DNA of 64,000 nt from Thermoanaerobaculia bacterium (lineage in GTDB: Bacteria > Acidobacteriota > Thermoanaerobaculia > Multivoradales > Multivoraceae). The position numbers and the translations under genes were made by a program. The stretch covers positions 4,608,001 through 4,672,000 of the forward strand of contig OY762911.1 in the NCBI GenBank assembly GCA_963666565.1, in the 5' to 3' direction. Every line of letters begins with the position of its first letter. The stretch's first letter is position 1. The notes under the pieces were generated by a model, which saw nothing but the letters and a program-made list of their open reading frames with translations, was not told the DNA's origin and searched no databases. Positions 1 to 9,171 of this stretch are shown piece by piece.

Positions 1-1422
1 GGCGGCTGGGGCCGGATCGAGGGCCGCACCGCGGTCGTCTGCGCCGACGACTTCACGTCGCGCGGCGGTCACGCGGACGGCGCCATCGGCGCGAAGAGCA
101 GCCACCTCGACCGCCTGGCCGTCGAGATGCGGGCGCCGTCGGTCCGCCTGCTCGACGGCTCGTCCGGCGGCGGCAGCGTCGCCGCGATGGTGCCGCAGCA
201 GCAGAAGGAGGGCGAGAGCAAGGCGAAGGAGAGCCGCGGCGCGATCAAGGCCGGGCGACCCCGGGTCGCGGGCGGCGGCGGCTCCTTCCTGCCCGGCCAC
301 CTCGGCAGCACGATGTACGCGGAGCAACTGAGCACGGTTCCGGTCGTCAACGTGCTGCTCGGCAGTGTCGTCGGCATCGGCGCGGCCAAGGCGGTGCTCG
401 GCCACTTCTCGGTCATGGTGCGCGACATCGCGCAACTGTTCGTCGCCGGGCCGCCCGTGGTGCGCCCCGCGATGGGCTACGACATCACGAAGGAGGACCT
501 CGGCGGCTGGCACATCCACTGCCGCAACGGCTCGGTGGACAACCTGGCCGAGACCGAGGAGGAGGCGATGGCGCTCGCCCGGCGTTTCCTCTCCTACCTG
601 CCCTCTTCCGTGTTCGAGCCGCCTCCGGTGGCGGCGCCGGATCCGAGCGACCCGGCCGACCGGCGCGACGAGGAACTGTTCGGGTTGATCCCGCGCAAGC
701 GCACCGCCACCTTCGACGTTCGCCGCGCGATCCGCCTGATGGCGGACCGGGATTCGTTCTTCGAGATCGGTCCGCTGTGGGGGACCGATCAGGTCACCGG
801 CTTCGTGCGGTTCGGCGGCCGGCCGATGGGCGTCATCGCCTCCGACAGCCGGCACGCGAACGGCGGCGCGCTCACCGCCGACGGCTGCCGCAAGCTGATC
901 CGCCACCTCGACGTGTGCGACCTCTTCCACCTGCCGGTCCTGAACCTGGTCGACAACCCCGGCTTCGCCGTGGGCCTGGAGCACGAGATCACCGGCACGA
1001 TCCGCTGGGGCGGCCAGTGGATGATCGCCTTCGCCCAGGCCACCGTCCCGATCTTCACCGTCATCATGCGCCGCAGCTTCGGCGTCGCCGGCAACAACTA
1101 CGCGACTCCGCGCGCCCAACCCTCCATGCGCGTCGTCTGGCCCGCAGCCGACACCGGCGGCATCCCGCCCGAAGGCGGCATCGAGGCCGCCTACAAGCGC
1201 CAGCTCGCCCAGGCCGCGGACCCGCAGGCCTTCCGCGCCGAACTGATGGCGAGGATCGAAAGCGCCCGCGGCCCCGTCGGCCCCCTCTCCCGGTTCCAGG
1301 TCGAAGAGATGATCGACCCGCGAGACACCCGCGCCCTCATCTGCGAGTGGCTCGACACGGCGTGGAACATCGTCTCGCAGCCAGCGAGATTGAAACCGCG
1401 GCCGGTCCAGTTCCGGCCCTGA
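1..1422 (+). CDS. Acyl-CoA carboxylase carboxyltransferase (beta) subunit, 5'-truncated by window edge
   Basis: Frame open from base 1 (GWGRIEGRTAVVCADDFTSRGG); LFVAGPPVV, EDLGG, RDSFFEIG, LVDNPGF and MIDPRDTR motifs of Carboxyl_trans. Confidence 0.9.
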   Translation, partial: GGWGRIEGRTAVVCADDFTSRGGHADGAIGAKSSHLDRLAVEMRAPSVRLLDGSSGGGSVAAMVPQQQKEGESKAKESRGAIKAGRPRVAGGGGSFLPGHLGSTMYAEQLSTVPVVNVLLGSVVGIGAAKAVLGHFSVMVRDIAQLFVAGPPVVRPAMGYDITKEDLGGWHIHCRNGSVDNLAETEEEAMALARRFLSYLPSSVFEPPPVAAPDPSDPADRRDEELFGLIPRKRTATFDVRRAIRLMADRDSFFEIGPLWGTDQVTGFVRFGGRPMGVIASDSRHANGGALTADGCRKLIRHLDVCDLFHLPVLNLVDNPGFAVGLEHEITGTIRWGGQWMIAFAQATVPIFTVIMRRSFGVAGNNYATPRAQPSMRVVWPAADTGGIPPEGGIEAAYKRQLAQAADPQAFRAELMARIESARGPVGPLSRFQVEEMIDPRDTRALICEWLDTAWNIVSQPARLKPRPVQFRP

Positions 1423-1427
1423 CGCGC

Positions 1428-1472
1428 TGGGTGCGCGGGTCTTCCGACCCGCTTGCCGCCGGAGGCGGCCAG
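1428..1472 (+). repeat. REP-like palindromic repeat, family A
   Basis: TGGGTGCGCGGGTC-TTCC-GACCCGC then GCCGCC-GGA-GGCGGCC, just after a stop codon; recurs across the window. Confidence 0.9.
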
Positions 1473-1540
1473 GAAACGCGCCGGCCGTCAGGCCGGCACC
1501 GCCCGCTGCGGCGCGAATGGGACGGCAGCGGTCAAACCCG

Positions 1541-1713
1541 CCTGGACCGGACCGAGGGGGAGGGTCCCAGGGGCCGCTCGCCCTCCAGAAGAAGACGAAA
1601 GGTCCGGGCTCGCCGTTGTCGGCTGCGTTCCGCTACGCCATCGTTTCATGGCAGGACATCGGCAGTCACTTGCCTCCGACCCCCTGGAACCCTCCCCCTC
1701 GGCCCGGTGCAGG
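1541..1713. repeat. 33-bp imperfect inverted repeat pair (1541-1573 / 1681-1713)
   Basis: cctggaccggaccgagggggagggtcccagggg versus cccctggaaccctccccctcggcccggtgcagg: reverse complements with 3 mismatches. Confidence 0.8.
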
Positions 1714-1751
1714 CTGGACGACGTCAGCTCCGCAGTGCAAAACGGCAACCA

Positions 1752-1820
1752 CCGGGTGCGCGGGTCTTCCGACCCGCCGGGTGCGCGGGTCTTTCTGACC
1801 CGCTGCCGCCGAAGGCGGCC
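1752..1820 (+). repeat. Two tandem family A REP-like copies
   Basis: ccgggtgcgcgggtcttccgacccg followed by ccgggtgcgcgggtctttctgacccgctgccgccgaaggcggcc. Confidence 0.9.
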
Positions 1821-1975
1821 ACGACATCCCCGCTGGCAAACCGGAAGGTCAGTCGCCATCGCGCGTTGATCGTCATGGAGCTTGTCCCCTTCCGCGTTCC
1901 GCTGAGGGCGTGGAGTCCATGCTCAGACGCGGCCGGGTGCAGGTCAACGCCGAACCCTCCAAGTAGACTCCGCCG

Positions 1976-2635
1976 GTGCGCTTTCCCCCACTGCCGGAAC
2001 GCCGCTACAGCATCGTGTACGCGGATCCGCCGTGGGACTACAAGGGCCAACTGCAGCACGCCGGCCCGGGCAGCGGCGACTCCGGCGGCGCGGTGCGGCA
2101 CTACCCCACCGTCACGCTGCGGGAGCTCGAGACCCTCCCGGTGCGGACCATCGCCGCCGACGACAGTCTCCTCTTCCTGTGGGCCACCAATCCGCATTTG
2201 GACCAAGCGATCGACCTCGGCAAGGCATGGGGTTTCGCCTGGGCGACGGTCGCCTTCGTCTGGGACAAGGTGCGAGTCAATCCCGGCTTCTACACGATGA
2301 GCCAGTGCGAACTCTGCCTCGTGTTCAAGCGGGGCCGCATCCCCAGGCCCCGAGGCGCCAGGAATGTTCGGCAACTCGTCACCGAACGGCGCCGCGCACA
2401 CTCACGCAAGCCGGAGGAAGTGCGCCGGCGGATCGACGCCATGTTCCCGGATCTGCCCAAGGTGGAACTGTTCGCCCGGCCAGAGGTCGACCTGTTTGGC
2501 GATGGGACGCAGAACGGCTGGGATGCCTGGGGGTTGGAAGCACGACGGCCAGCGCAACCACCGACGCACGCCAGCGCTAGCCGGCCAAGCCGCTTGCGGA
2601 AGGCCCCGGCGAGACAGGCATCACTTCGCGACTGA
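1976..2635 (+). CDS. MT-A70 family adenine methyltransferase
   Basis: IVYADPPW, HYPT, LFLWATNP, FVWDK, HSRKPEE and VELFAR motifs; GTG start. Confidence 0.9.
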   Translation: MRFPPLPERRYSIVYADPPWDYKGQLQHAGPGSGDSGGAVRHYPTVTLRELETLPVRTIAADDSLLFLWATNPHLDQAIDLGKAWGFAWATVAFVWDKVRVNPGFYTMSQCELCLVFKRGRIPRPRGARNVRQLVTERRRAHSRKPEEVRRRIDAMFPDLPKVELFARPEVDLFGDGTQNGWDAWGLEARRPAQPPTHASASRPSRLRKAPARQASLRD

Positions 2636-3629
2636 CCGCGACATCCGAGACGATCTCGACGCTGCTGAACATATGGGCCGCCTGACGGGACATGCGTGCC
2701 ACGGACGCCTCGAAGTACTCCGGCTCCACTTCGACACCGACGCTGTTCCGGCCCCACTTCGCCGCTGCCGACTGCGTCGTCGCGGTGCCCATGAACGGGT
2801 CGAACACGGTGTCGCCCGCGAAACTGAACATGCGGATCAACCGCTCGGCGATCTCCAGGGGGTACGGCGCGGGATGGTGCCGCGTGGATGCGCCTCCGAC
2901 TCCCTCCCAGACCTGGCGAAACCACTTGTGGTGCAGGTCGGCCGGGATCAGACTGAGCACCTTGGCCGAGGGCGTGGGCCGCCGATAGCCGCCCGGCTTC
3001 CGCTGCATGAGGATGAACTCGATGTCGTTCTTGATCACGGCGTTCGGTTCGTAGGGCTTGCCCAGGAAGGCGCCCTTGCCGCCCGTTACCTCGTAGGCCG
3101 CGTTGGCGATCTTGTGCCAGATGATCGGCGCCAGGTTGTCGAAGCCGATGCGCCGGCAGCGTTCCTGGATCGAAGCGTGCAACGGGACGACGGCATGGCG
3201 TCCGTGCCGCCGGCGCGAGAGGCAGACGTCGCCCACCACGCAGACCAGCCTGCCGCCAGGAACCAGCGCGTCGTAGCAGCGCCGCCAGACCAGGTCGAGC
3301 TGGTCCAGAAAGTCCTCGTAGTCCGCGACCGAGCCCAACTGCCCGTCGGAAGCCGGATACTCCTTCAGCGTCCAGTAGGGAGGCGAGGTGACCACAAGAT
3401 GGACCGACTCCGGCGCGAGCGGCGGCACGGCGCGGGAGTCGCCCAGGAACAGCTCGTGGCGCGTCGGCACTTCCGCGACCAGCGATTCGATCCGCGCCGT
3501 GGCGCTCGGATCCCTCGCCAGTTTCGGCAGATCCCGGCGAGGATTCGCGAAGGACCGCCAGCGCTGTGGCACCAGGTCGAGCAGCGGGTCGCCAAGGTCC
3601 CGAGCCGCCTCTGCCGGTGCCGAACTCAT
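2577..3629 (-). CDS. Site-specific DNA amino-methyltransferase (N4C/N6A, beta class)
   Basis: LVVTSPPY catalytic motif precedes HPAPYP and VFDPFMGTATT SAM-binding motif; start taken at MSSAPAE (ORF open to 3725). Confidence 0.9.
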   Translation of the reverse strand: MSSAPAEAARDLGDPLLDLVPQRWRSFANPRRDLPKLARDPSATARIESLVAEVPTRHELFLGDSRAVPPLAPESVHLVVTSPPYWTLKEYPASDGQLGSVADYEDFLDQLDLVWRRCYDALVPGGRLVCVVGDVCLSRRRHGRHAVVPLHASIQERCRRIGFDNLAPIIWHKIANAAYEVTGGKGAFLGKPYEPNAVIKNDIEFILMQRKPGGYRRPTPSAKVLSLIPADLHHKWFRQVWEGVGGASTRHHPAPYPLEIAERLIRMFSFAGDTVFDPFMGTATTQSAAAKWGRNSVGVEVEPEYFEASVARMSRQAAHMFSSVEIVSDVAVSREVMPVSPGPSASGLAG

Positions 3630-3747
3630 GCCGGCGAGGGTACCACCGCCGCAGTGCCGCGATCGGACCGCCAGACGACTCCGTCCGCAGCCCATTCCGT
3701 TCCGACTCGAACACGGCACGAGCAACCGGCTCGGCCTGACTCCAGTG

Positions 3748-3777
3748 CCGGTGCGCCGGCCTTCCGGCCGGCATCCG
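3748..3777 (+). repeat. REP-like palindromic repeat, family B
   Basis: GGTGC-GCCGGCC-TTCC-GGCCGGC-ATCCG; related copies at 13966, 30966, 48137. Confidence 0.7.
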
Positions 3778-3870
3778 TGTGGCGCACCGCTAGAGCACGC
3801 GCACGAACTCAGTTGTCGTAGACTCCTCGACTTCGCTCACCCAAGATGCGGACAGCCGAGGAGCAGCCCC

Positions 3871-4908
3871 ATGAGTTCCGAAGCAGAGAGTTACCTGGAA
3901 CGCGTAGGGAAGGAAGCCCGGGAAGCCATCGAGCGCGGCGCGGCGCCGACCCCGGAGAAGCTGTCGGTTCGCCGCCTTGTGGCCATGTTCGGCTACAAGA
4001 TGAGAGGAAAGCTGGTGGTAGCCGCGATCCGCAACGCTCTTGAGGAAAACGGACTGCGAACAAGCCCGGACTTCGAGAGCGTCTGGATCGACCGCGAGAT
4101 CTCCATTGAACTCGACCGCGAGAGCGCCAACGGGTCGGCCGGGACCGCAACGATCGAAGACCCCACGGTCCGCATCGACGCGCTCGACGCCGCGCACCGC
4201 GAGCCGACCGTCATCGATCCCGACAGTCCTCTGCGCGCCGCCACCACGCTGATGCTGCTCAACGACTATTCCCAACTGCCCGTCACGAAGAACCGCCGGA
4301 AGATCCGGGGCATGATCACCTGGAAATCCATCGGCTCGCGGCTGTCATCCGGCGTCGAGTGCAGCCTCGTCAGCGACTGCTTGAACCCCGACGTCCAAGA
4401 AGTCCGCTTGGGAACTCCGCTTCTGGACGCGGTTTCAGCCATCGCCCGACACGGCTACACACTGGTCCGGAGCTCCACGGACGAGATCGTCGGCATCGTC
4501 ACGACGAGCGACCTGAGCAGGGAGTTCCATGAACTGGCCAGCCCCTTCCTCCTGATCGGCGAGATCGAAAAGCACTTGCACTCGCTCGTGCACGGACACT
4601 TCAGGGTCGAGGAGATTCAGGCGGCACTGCCGGAGGGACTGACCGCCACCGGCACCGCCGACCTGACGCTCGGCGGCTACTGCCGGCTTCTCCAGAAACC
4701 CGCGAACTGGAACAAGCTCGGCCTCAACTTCAGCCAGAAGCAGTTCGTCGCAAGGCTGGAGGCCGTCCGGGAGATACGGAATGAGGTCATGCACTTCCGC
4801 CCCGATGGCCTGGATCCCGAAAAGCAGCAAGTCCTGCAGGGTCTGGTCGCGTTCTTCCGCCATCTCGCGCGAATGGGCGTCGTGGACACGTCGTCGAACT
4901 CGAACTGA
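3871..4908 (+). CDS. CBS-pair protein with C-terminal HEPN (Swt1-like) domain
   Basis: GAGGAG RBS before ATG 3871; CBS repeats (MLLNDYSQLPV...GMITWKSI; EIVGIVTTSDL); C-terminal IRNEVMH = RxxxxH. Confidence 0.8.
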   Translation: MSSEAESYLERVGKEAREAIERGAAPTPEKLSVRRLVAMFGYKMRGKLVVAAIRNALEENGLRTSPDFESVWIDREISIELDRESANGSAGTATIEDPTVRIDALDAAHREPTVIDPDSPLRAATTLMLLNDYSQLPVTKNRRKIRGMITWKSIGSRLSSGVECSLVSDCLNPDVQEVRLGTPLLDAVSAIARHGYTLVRSSTDEIVGIVTTSDLSREFHELASPFLLIGEIEKHLHSLVHGHFRVEEIQAALPEGLTATGTADLTLGGYCRLLQKPANWNKLGLNFSQKQFVARLEAVREIRNEVMHFRPDGLDPEKQQVLQGLVAFFRHLARMGVVDTSSNSN

Positions 4909-4941
4909 CCGCGCGCAGGACGAAAGACGGAGGTTCGGAAG

Positions 4942-7368
4942 ATGCAGGAGCAGTTGTTCCGCACTTGGTTGAGGGACGTCCGAGGACTCAGCAAAGCGGC
5001 CATCCGTGACGCGGTCGCCCGGTGCAAGCGGGTCGAGAAACACGAGGGCGATCTGGATTCCCACTGGAAGGCTGACGGACTCCACGGGCTCATCGATCAG
5101 CTCACCTACTCGCGGGACGACGAGCGAGACGGCAGGCCTCCCAGGATCCCGATCAACGGTGAACACGTCCACAACACGATGGCGTCGCTGAAGTCGGCCG
5201 TTACCAACTACCGGAAGCTCCTCCACGCTCAAGCCGAAGAGAGAGTCGAAGACGTCGCTTCCGACCGGGAGCGATGGAACCGCTATCTCGAAGACGCTCG
5301 CCGCTACGTCGGAAGCGGCCTTCTGGACAGCGAGGAGGTCGACTACAAACTCGTGATCGAACGACAGCTTCAGGAAGCTCGCCGCGCCGTTCTGGAGGGT
5401 AACGATGACTCCCTCGAAGTCGTCGCGAAGGCGATCGGCAACAACCTGACCTCCACCTACGACAAGACCGGCCTGCGCAACTGGTTCACGGAGCAGCCCG
5501 CGGAAGCTCGCGAAGCTCTGCGGGTCATCTGGACTGAGGACGCGAGGCTGTCAACCGCCGATCGGATCCGCGTGTTCACACCCCTGATTCCCGACACCTT
5601 GCCCAGCGGCCGGCAGGCGCCAACCCGCGGCACTGGCACCCGCCTGAGATGGATCGCCCTTCTCCTGATGGCGCTCGACGCACGCCGGTTTCCGCCCTAC
5701 AAGGTCACGGAGTTCTCCGGGACATACGAGCGCCTTGGACATCCGCCGCCTGCGCCCGATGGAGACGAGGCTTCGCACTACGAACACGCACTGGAACTCC
5801 TCGATGAACTGGTCCGACGCGCTCGTGAGTTCGGCCTCGAACGACCGAAGGACCGCCTCGAAGCGCAGTCGGTCCTGTTCGCGGTCGCCGGAGGCAGGGG
5901 AGCCGCGCCGAAGCCCCTGGGCGACCGACCTTGCTGGTTCGTGGGCGCATCCTGGGATTCAGGCGATCAGACGGATCGGTTCGTCCGGGAGGGGATCTGG
6001 GAGAACGGATACGACGACCGTTATCTGGACCGTGTCAAGTCCATAGAACCGGGGGATCGAATCGCAATCAAGTCCTCGTACGTCACGAAACGCGGCCTCC
6101 CGTTCGCCAACAGAGGCGAGAGCATCTCCACCATGGCGATCAAGGCGACCGGCGTCGTGACCGGGAACCTGGGCGACGGTCGCAATCTCCTCGTGACGTG
6201 GACGCCCATGGAACAACCCCGCGAGTGGTACTTCTACACGCACCGGAGAACGCTCTGGAAGGTCACCCGCGACTCGGGAACGATTCCGTGGGCGGCCAGC
6301 GCCTTGATCGACTTCGCGTTCGACGGAGCAGAGCAGGACTACGACCGGTTCCTGCGGCGCTGGTACCCCGCTTGGTACGACGACCCGGAAAGCGACGACG
6401 GGCCTGACGTGCCGGCGGAAGTGGACCGCCAGCCGCTAACGGACAGCGACTTCTCGAAACTCGCCGACCAGTTGCTCTTCGACAGGGCGGATCTCCGCAC
6501 GATCGCCCGCCTGCTCGACGACAAGCTCCAGGTCATCTTCCAGGGTCCGCCCGGCACCGGCAAGACCTACGCCGCCCGCAAACTGGCGGGCTTCCTTGCC
6601 GATTCCGACGAGCGCGTCACCCTGGTCCAGTTCCACCCGTCCTACGCCTACGAAGACTTCGTTCAGGGCTACCGGCCGACCCTCAAGGGGGGCCAGGCGG
6701 GCTTCGCGCTCCGCGACGGGCCGCTGCTGCGAGCGGCCAGGAATGCGCGGAAGGAGCCCGAAGATCCGCACTTCCTCATCATCGACGAGATCAACCGGGG
6801 CAACCTGGCCAAGGTCTTCGGCGAACTGTACTTCCTGCTGGAGTACCGGGACGAGGGCATGACGCTCCAGTACGCCTCGGACGACGAAGCGCAGTTCAGC
6901 CTGCCCGAGAACCTCTACATGATCGGCACCATGAACACCGCCGACCGTTCGATCGCCCTTGTCGATCTGGCGCTCCGCCGGCGCTTCCACTTCGTCGAGT
7001 TCCACCCCGGCAAGCCGCCCATCCAGGGACTGCTGCGCCGTTGGTTGGAACGGAACGCTCCCGAGATGGACTGGATCGCCGACATCGTCGACGAGGCGAA
7101 CCGGCGGCTTGACGACCGGACCGCCGCCATCGGCCCCAGCTACTTCATGCGGAAAGGCCTCGACGAAGCCAAGGCGCGGCTCATCTGGGACCACAACGTT
7201 CTGCCGTACGTTGAGGAGTGCCTGTACGGAGAGCCCGACCGGCTACGCGACTTCGAGCTTGACGTTGCGGGGCGGCGCCTGAAGCGGCGGACCGAGAAAC
7301 ACGAGGCTGACGACGAGGAGATGCAGCGGGGGTCCGGCGAAGACGACGAAGGCGATGCGGACGCCTGA
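4942..7368 (+). CDS. mcrB: McrB-family AAA+ GTPase with extended multidomain N-terminus
   Basis: GPPGTGKT Walker A, VQFHPSYAYEDF, LIIDEINRGN Walker B, MNTADRS McrB signature, LRRRF. Confidence 0.93.
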   Translation: MQEQLFRTWLRDVRGLSKAAIRDAVARCKRVEKHEGDLDSHWKADGLHGLIDQLTYSRDDERDGRPPRIPINGEHVHNTMASLKSAVTNYRKLLHAQAEERVEDVASDRERWNRYLEDARRYVGSGLLDSEEVDYKLVIERQLQEARRAVLEGNDDSLEVVAKAIGNNLTSTYDKTGLRNWFTEQPAEAREALRVIWTEDARLSTADRIRVFTPLIPDTLPSGRQAPTRGTGTRLRWIALLLMALDARRFPPYKVTEFSGTYERLGHPPPAPDGDEASHYEHALELLDELVRRAREFGLERPKDRLEAQSVLFAVAGGRGAAPKPLGDRPCWFVGASWDSGDQTDRFVREGIWENGYDDRYLDRVKSIEPGDRIAIKSSYVTKRGLPFANRGESISTMAIKATGVVTGNLGDGRNLLVTWTPMEQPREWYFYTHRRTLWKVTRDSGTIPWAASALIDFAFDGAEQDYDRFLRRWYPAWYDDPESDDGPDVPAEVDRQPLTDSDFSKLADQLLFDRADLRTIARLLDDKLQVIFQGPPGTGKTYAARKLAGFLADSDERVTLVQFHPSYAYEDFVQGYRPTLKGGQAGFALRDGPLLRAARNARKEPEDPHFLIIDEINRGNLAKVFGELYFLLEYRDEGMTLQYASDDEAQFSLPENLYMIGTMNTADRSIALVDLALRRRFHFVEFHPGKPPIQGLLRRWLERNAPEMDWIADIVDEANRRLDDRTAAIGPSYFMRKGLDEAKARLIWDHNVLPYVEECLYGEPDRLRDFELDVAGRRLKRRTEKHEADDEEMQRGSGEDDEGDADA

Positions 7369-7427
7369 ACCTGGAAGGCCCGATGAAGCCCGCGACGATG
7401 ATCCGCCAACGCTGACGCCCTGAACTG

Positions 7428-8666
7428 ATGCGGACTATCGATCTCACGGAGTGGGAACCGAGCGGGCCCCTCGCCCTGTCATCCGGCGAACTGGCGGAAC
7501 TCGTCGGGCGACGCCGCGAACTGGACCTGACGATCGAACCGGCCGGCGGTCCGGCCGGCGAGTACGTTCTCAGGCCGGGATCCAAGGTCGGCGCGCTCGA
7601 CCTTGAACGCCTGTCGGTCGTCATCCAACCCAAGCTCGACCTCCGTCGGGTGCTCTACCTCGCATCGTGGGCGATGGGCAGTCCGGGCACCGTCACCTTC
7701 CGGCCCGAGTCCTTCGACTTCAAGGGCGAGCCGACGCTGGTCGAGGCGCTGGTCCCGGCGCTTGCCCACGCGGCCCGGCGCGCCTTCGCCCGCGGGCTTC
7801 TTCACGGATACCGCACCGAGGAGGAAGCGCTCACTACCATCCGCGGACGCATCCGCGTCGACGACCAGATCAGACGGCGGTACGGCGTCCCCATCCCCGT
7901 CGAGGTCCGCTACGACGACTTCACGGACGACATCCTGCCGAACCGGCTGGTGAAAGCGGCGGTGCATCGACTCGGTCGTCTGCGGCTTCGGTCGCGGCAG
8001 TCACGTCGCGACCTTGGCGCCATCCGCGCCACCCTCGACAACGTGAGCCCGGTCGAGTTCCCGCCGAACACCGTCCCGGAAGTGAAGTTCGACCGCCTGA
8101 ACGAGCACTACCGGGAGGTGGTCACCCTGGCGCGGCTGATCCTCCGCCACACGTCCTTTGAAGCGGCGCGCGGCGCCGTGCGGGCGAACGGCTTCCTGAT
8201 GGACATGAACACGGTGTTCCAGGAGTTCGTGACGCGCGCTCTCAGGGAGAAACTGAAACTCACCGAGAGCGCCTTCCCCTCCGACAAGCGACTTTCCCCG
8301 CTGCACCTCGACGACAATCGACAAGTGCGACTCAAGCCGGATCTCTCCTGGTGGGACGGCCCAACGTGCATCTTCGTCGGCGACGCCAAGTACAAGAGCG
8401 TCGAGCACAAGACCGTACGCAACGCCGACCTCTACCAACTCCTCGCCTACACCACCGCCCTCGACCTGCCCGGAGGCCTTCTGATCTACGCCGAAGGCGA
8501 AGCCGACGACGTTGTGCATCGAGTTCGCCACGCCGGGAAGCGGCTCGAAGTCGCCACGCTGGACCTGTCAGGCAGCATAAGCAGCCTCCGAGCCGAGATC
8601 GGCAAACTGGCGGAACGAGTCCGCGACCTCCGTCGTAGCACCCTTGAACTCCGTCGAGCCGCCTGA
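7428..8666 (+). CDS. mcrC: McrC-family PD-(D/E)xK restriction nuclease subunit
   Basis: IRGRI, FTDDILPNRL, FLMDMNTVFQEFV, LKPDL...VGDAKYK, ADLYQLLAY; directly downstream of mcrB. Confidence 0.92.
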   Translation: MRTIDLTEWEPSGPLALSSGELAELVGRRRELDLTIEPAGGPAGEYVLRPGSKVGALDLERLSVVIQPKLDLRRVLYLASWAMGSPGTVTFRPESFDFKGEPTLVEALVPALAHAARRAFARGLLHGYRTEEEALTTIRGRIRVDDQIRRRYGVPIPVEVRYDDFTDDILPNRLVKAAVHRLGRLRLRSRQSRRDLGAIRATLDNVSPVEFPPNTVPEVKFDRLNEHYREVVTLARLILRHTSFEAARGAVRANGFLMDMNTVFQEFVTRALREKLKLTESAFPSDKRLSPLHLDDNRQVRLKPDLSWWDGPTCIFVGDAKYKSVEHKTVRNADLYQLLAYTTALDLPGGLLIYAEGEADDVVHRVRHAGKRLEVATLDLSGSISSLRAEIGKLAERVRDLRRSTLELRRAA

Positions 8667-8711
8667 AACCACTGGACCTCGACGGGCGGGCGGGCCGGTT
8701 AGCGATTGGCC

Positions 8712-9023
8712 TCAGGCCAATCTGCTCTCGGCGGAGGCCGCTGAAGCAGGCAGTACTTCGCGGTCGATCGCGGCCCCTTGCCTAGCCTCGACAACGGAGA
8801 CGTCGTACGCAGCCTGGAGGTTCATCCACAGGACCGCGCCCGTGCCCATGTAACGACCAAGGCGAACCGCCGTCTCCGCGGTGACAGCCCGCTTCCCGCG
8901 GAGAATCGCCGTGATCCGATTCGCTGGAACTCGGAGCGCGAGTGCCAGTTGGTTGGCAGTCAGTCCTCGAGCTTCGAGTTCTGCCTTGAGAATCTGGCCC
9001 GGGTGGCTTCTCAGTCTGGGCAT
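8712..9023 (-). CDS. higA: HigA-family HTH antitoxin (orphan)
   Basis: HPGQIL...LALALRVPANRITAILRGKRAVTAETAVRL...WMNLQAAYD. Confidence 0.9.
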   Translation of the reverse strand: MPRLRSHPGQILKAELEARGLTANQLALALRVPANRITAILRGKRAVTAETAVRLGRYMGTGAVLWMNLQAAYDVSVVEARQGAAIDREVLPASAASAESRLA

Positions 9024-9025
9024 CG

Positions 9026-9094
9026 TCACCCCTTGTCGTAGTCCTCGATCACAACGTGCGGCGCATGGTAGTCGACTGTCTCACCCCGTGGACG
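9026..9094 (-). pseudogene. higB: C-terminal remnant of HigB toxin
   Basis: Reads *RPRGETVDYHAPHVVIEDYDKG*, resembling the HigB C-terminal EIVDYH motif; stop abuts the higA start; no start codon or N-terminal part. Confidence 0.55.
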
Positions 9095-9171
9095 TCAGCG
9101 AACTCGGCGGACATCCCGTTCCCGGCATGCAGGAGCAGCCGATACGCTGGCGCGCCCGAAGAGGCCCGACC

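Noticed and set aside
1976-9094. Integrative element or prophage carrying the defence genes
   Set aside because: No integrase, transposase, tRNA target or att-like direct repeats seen
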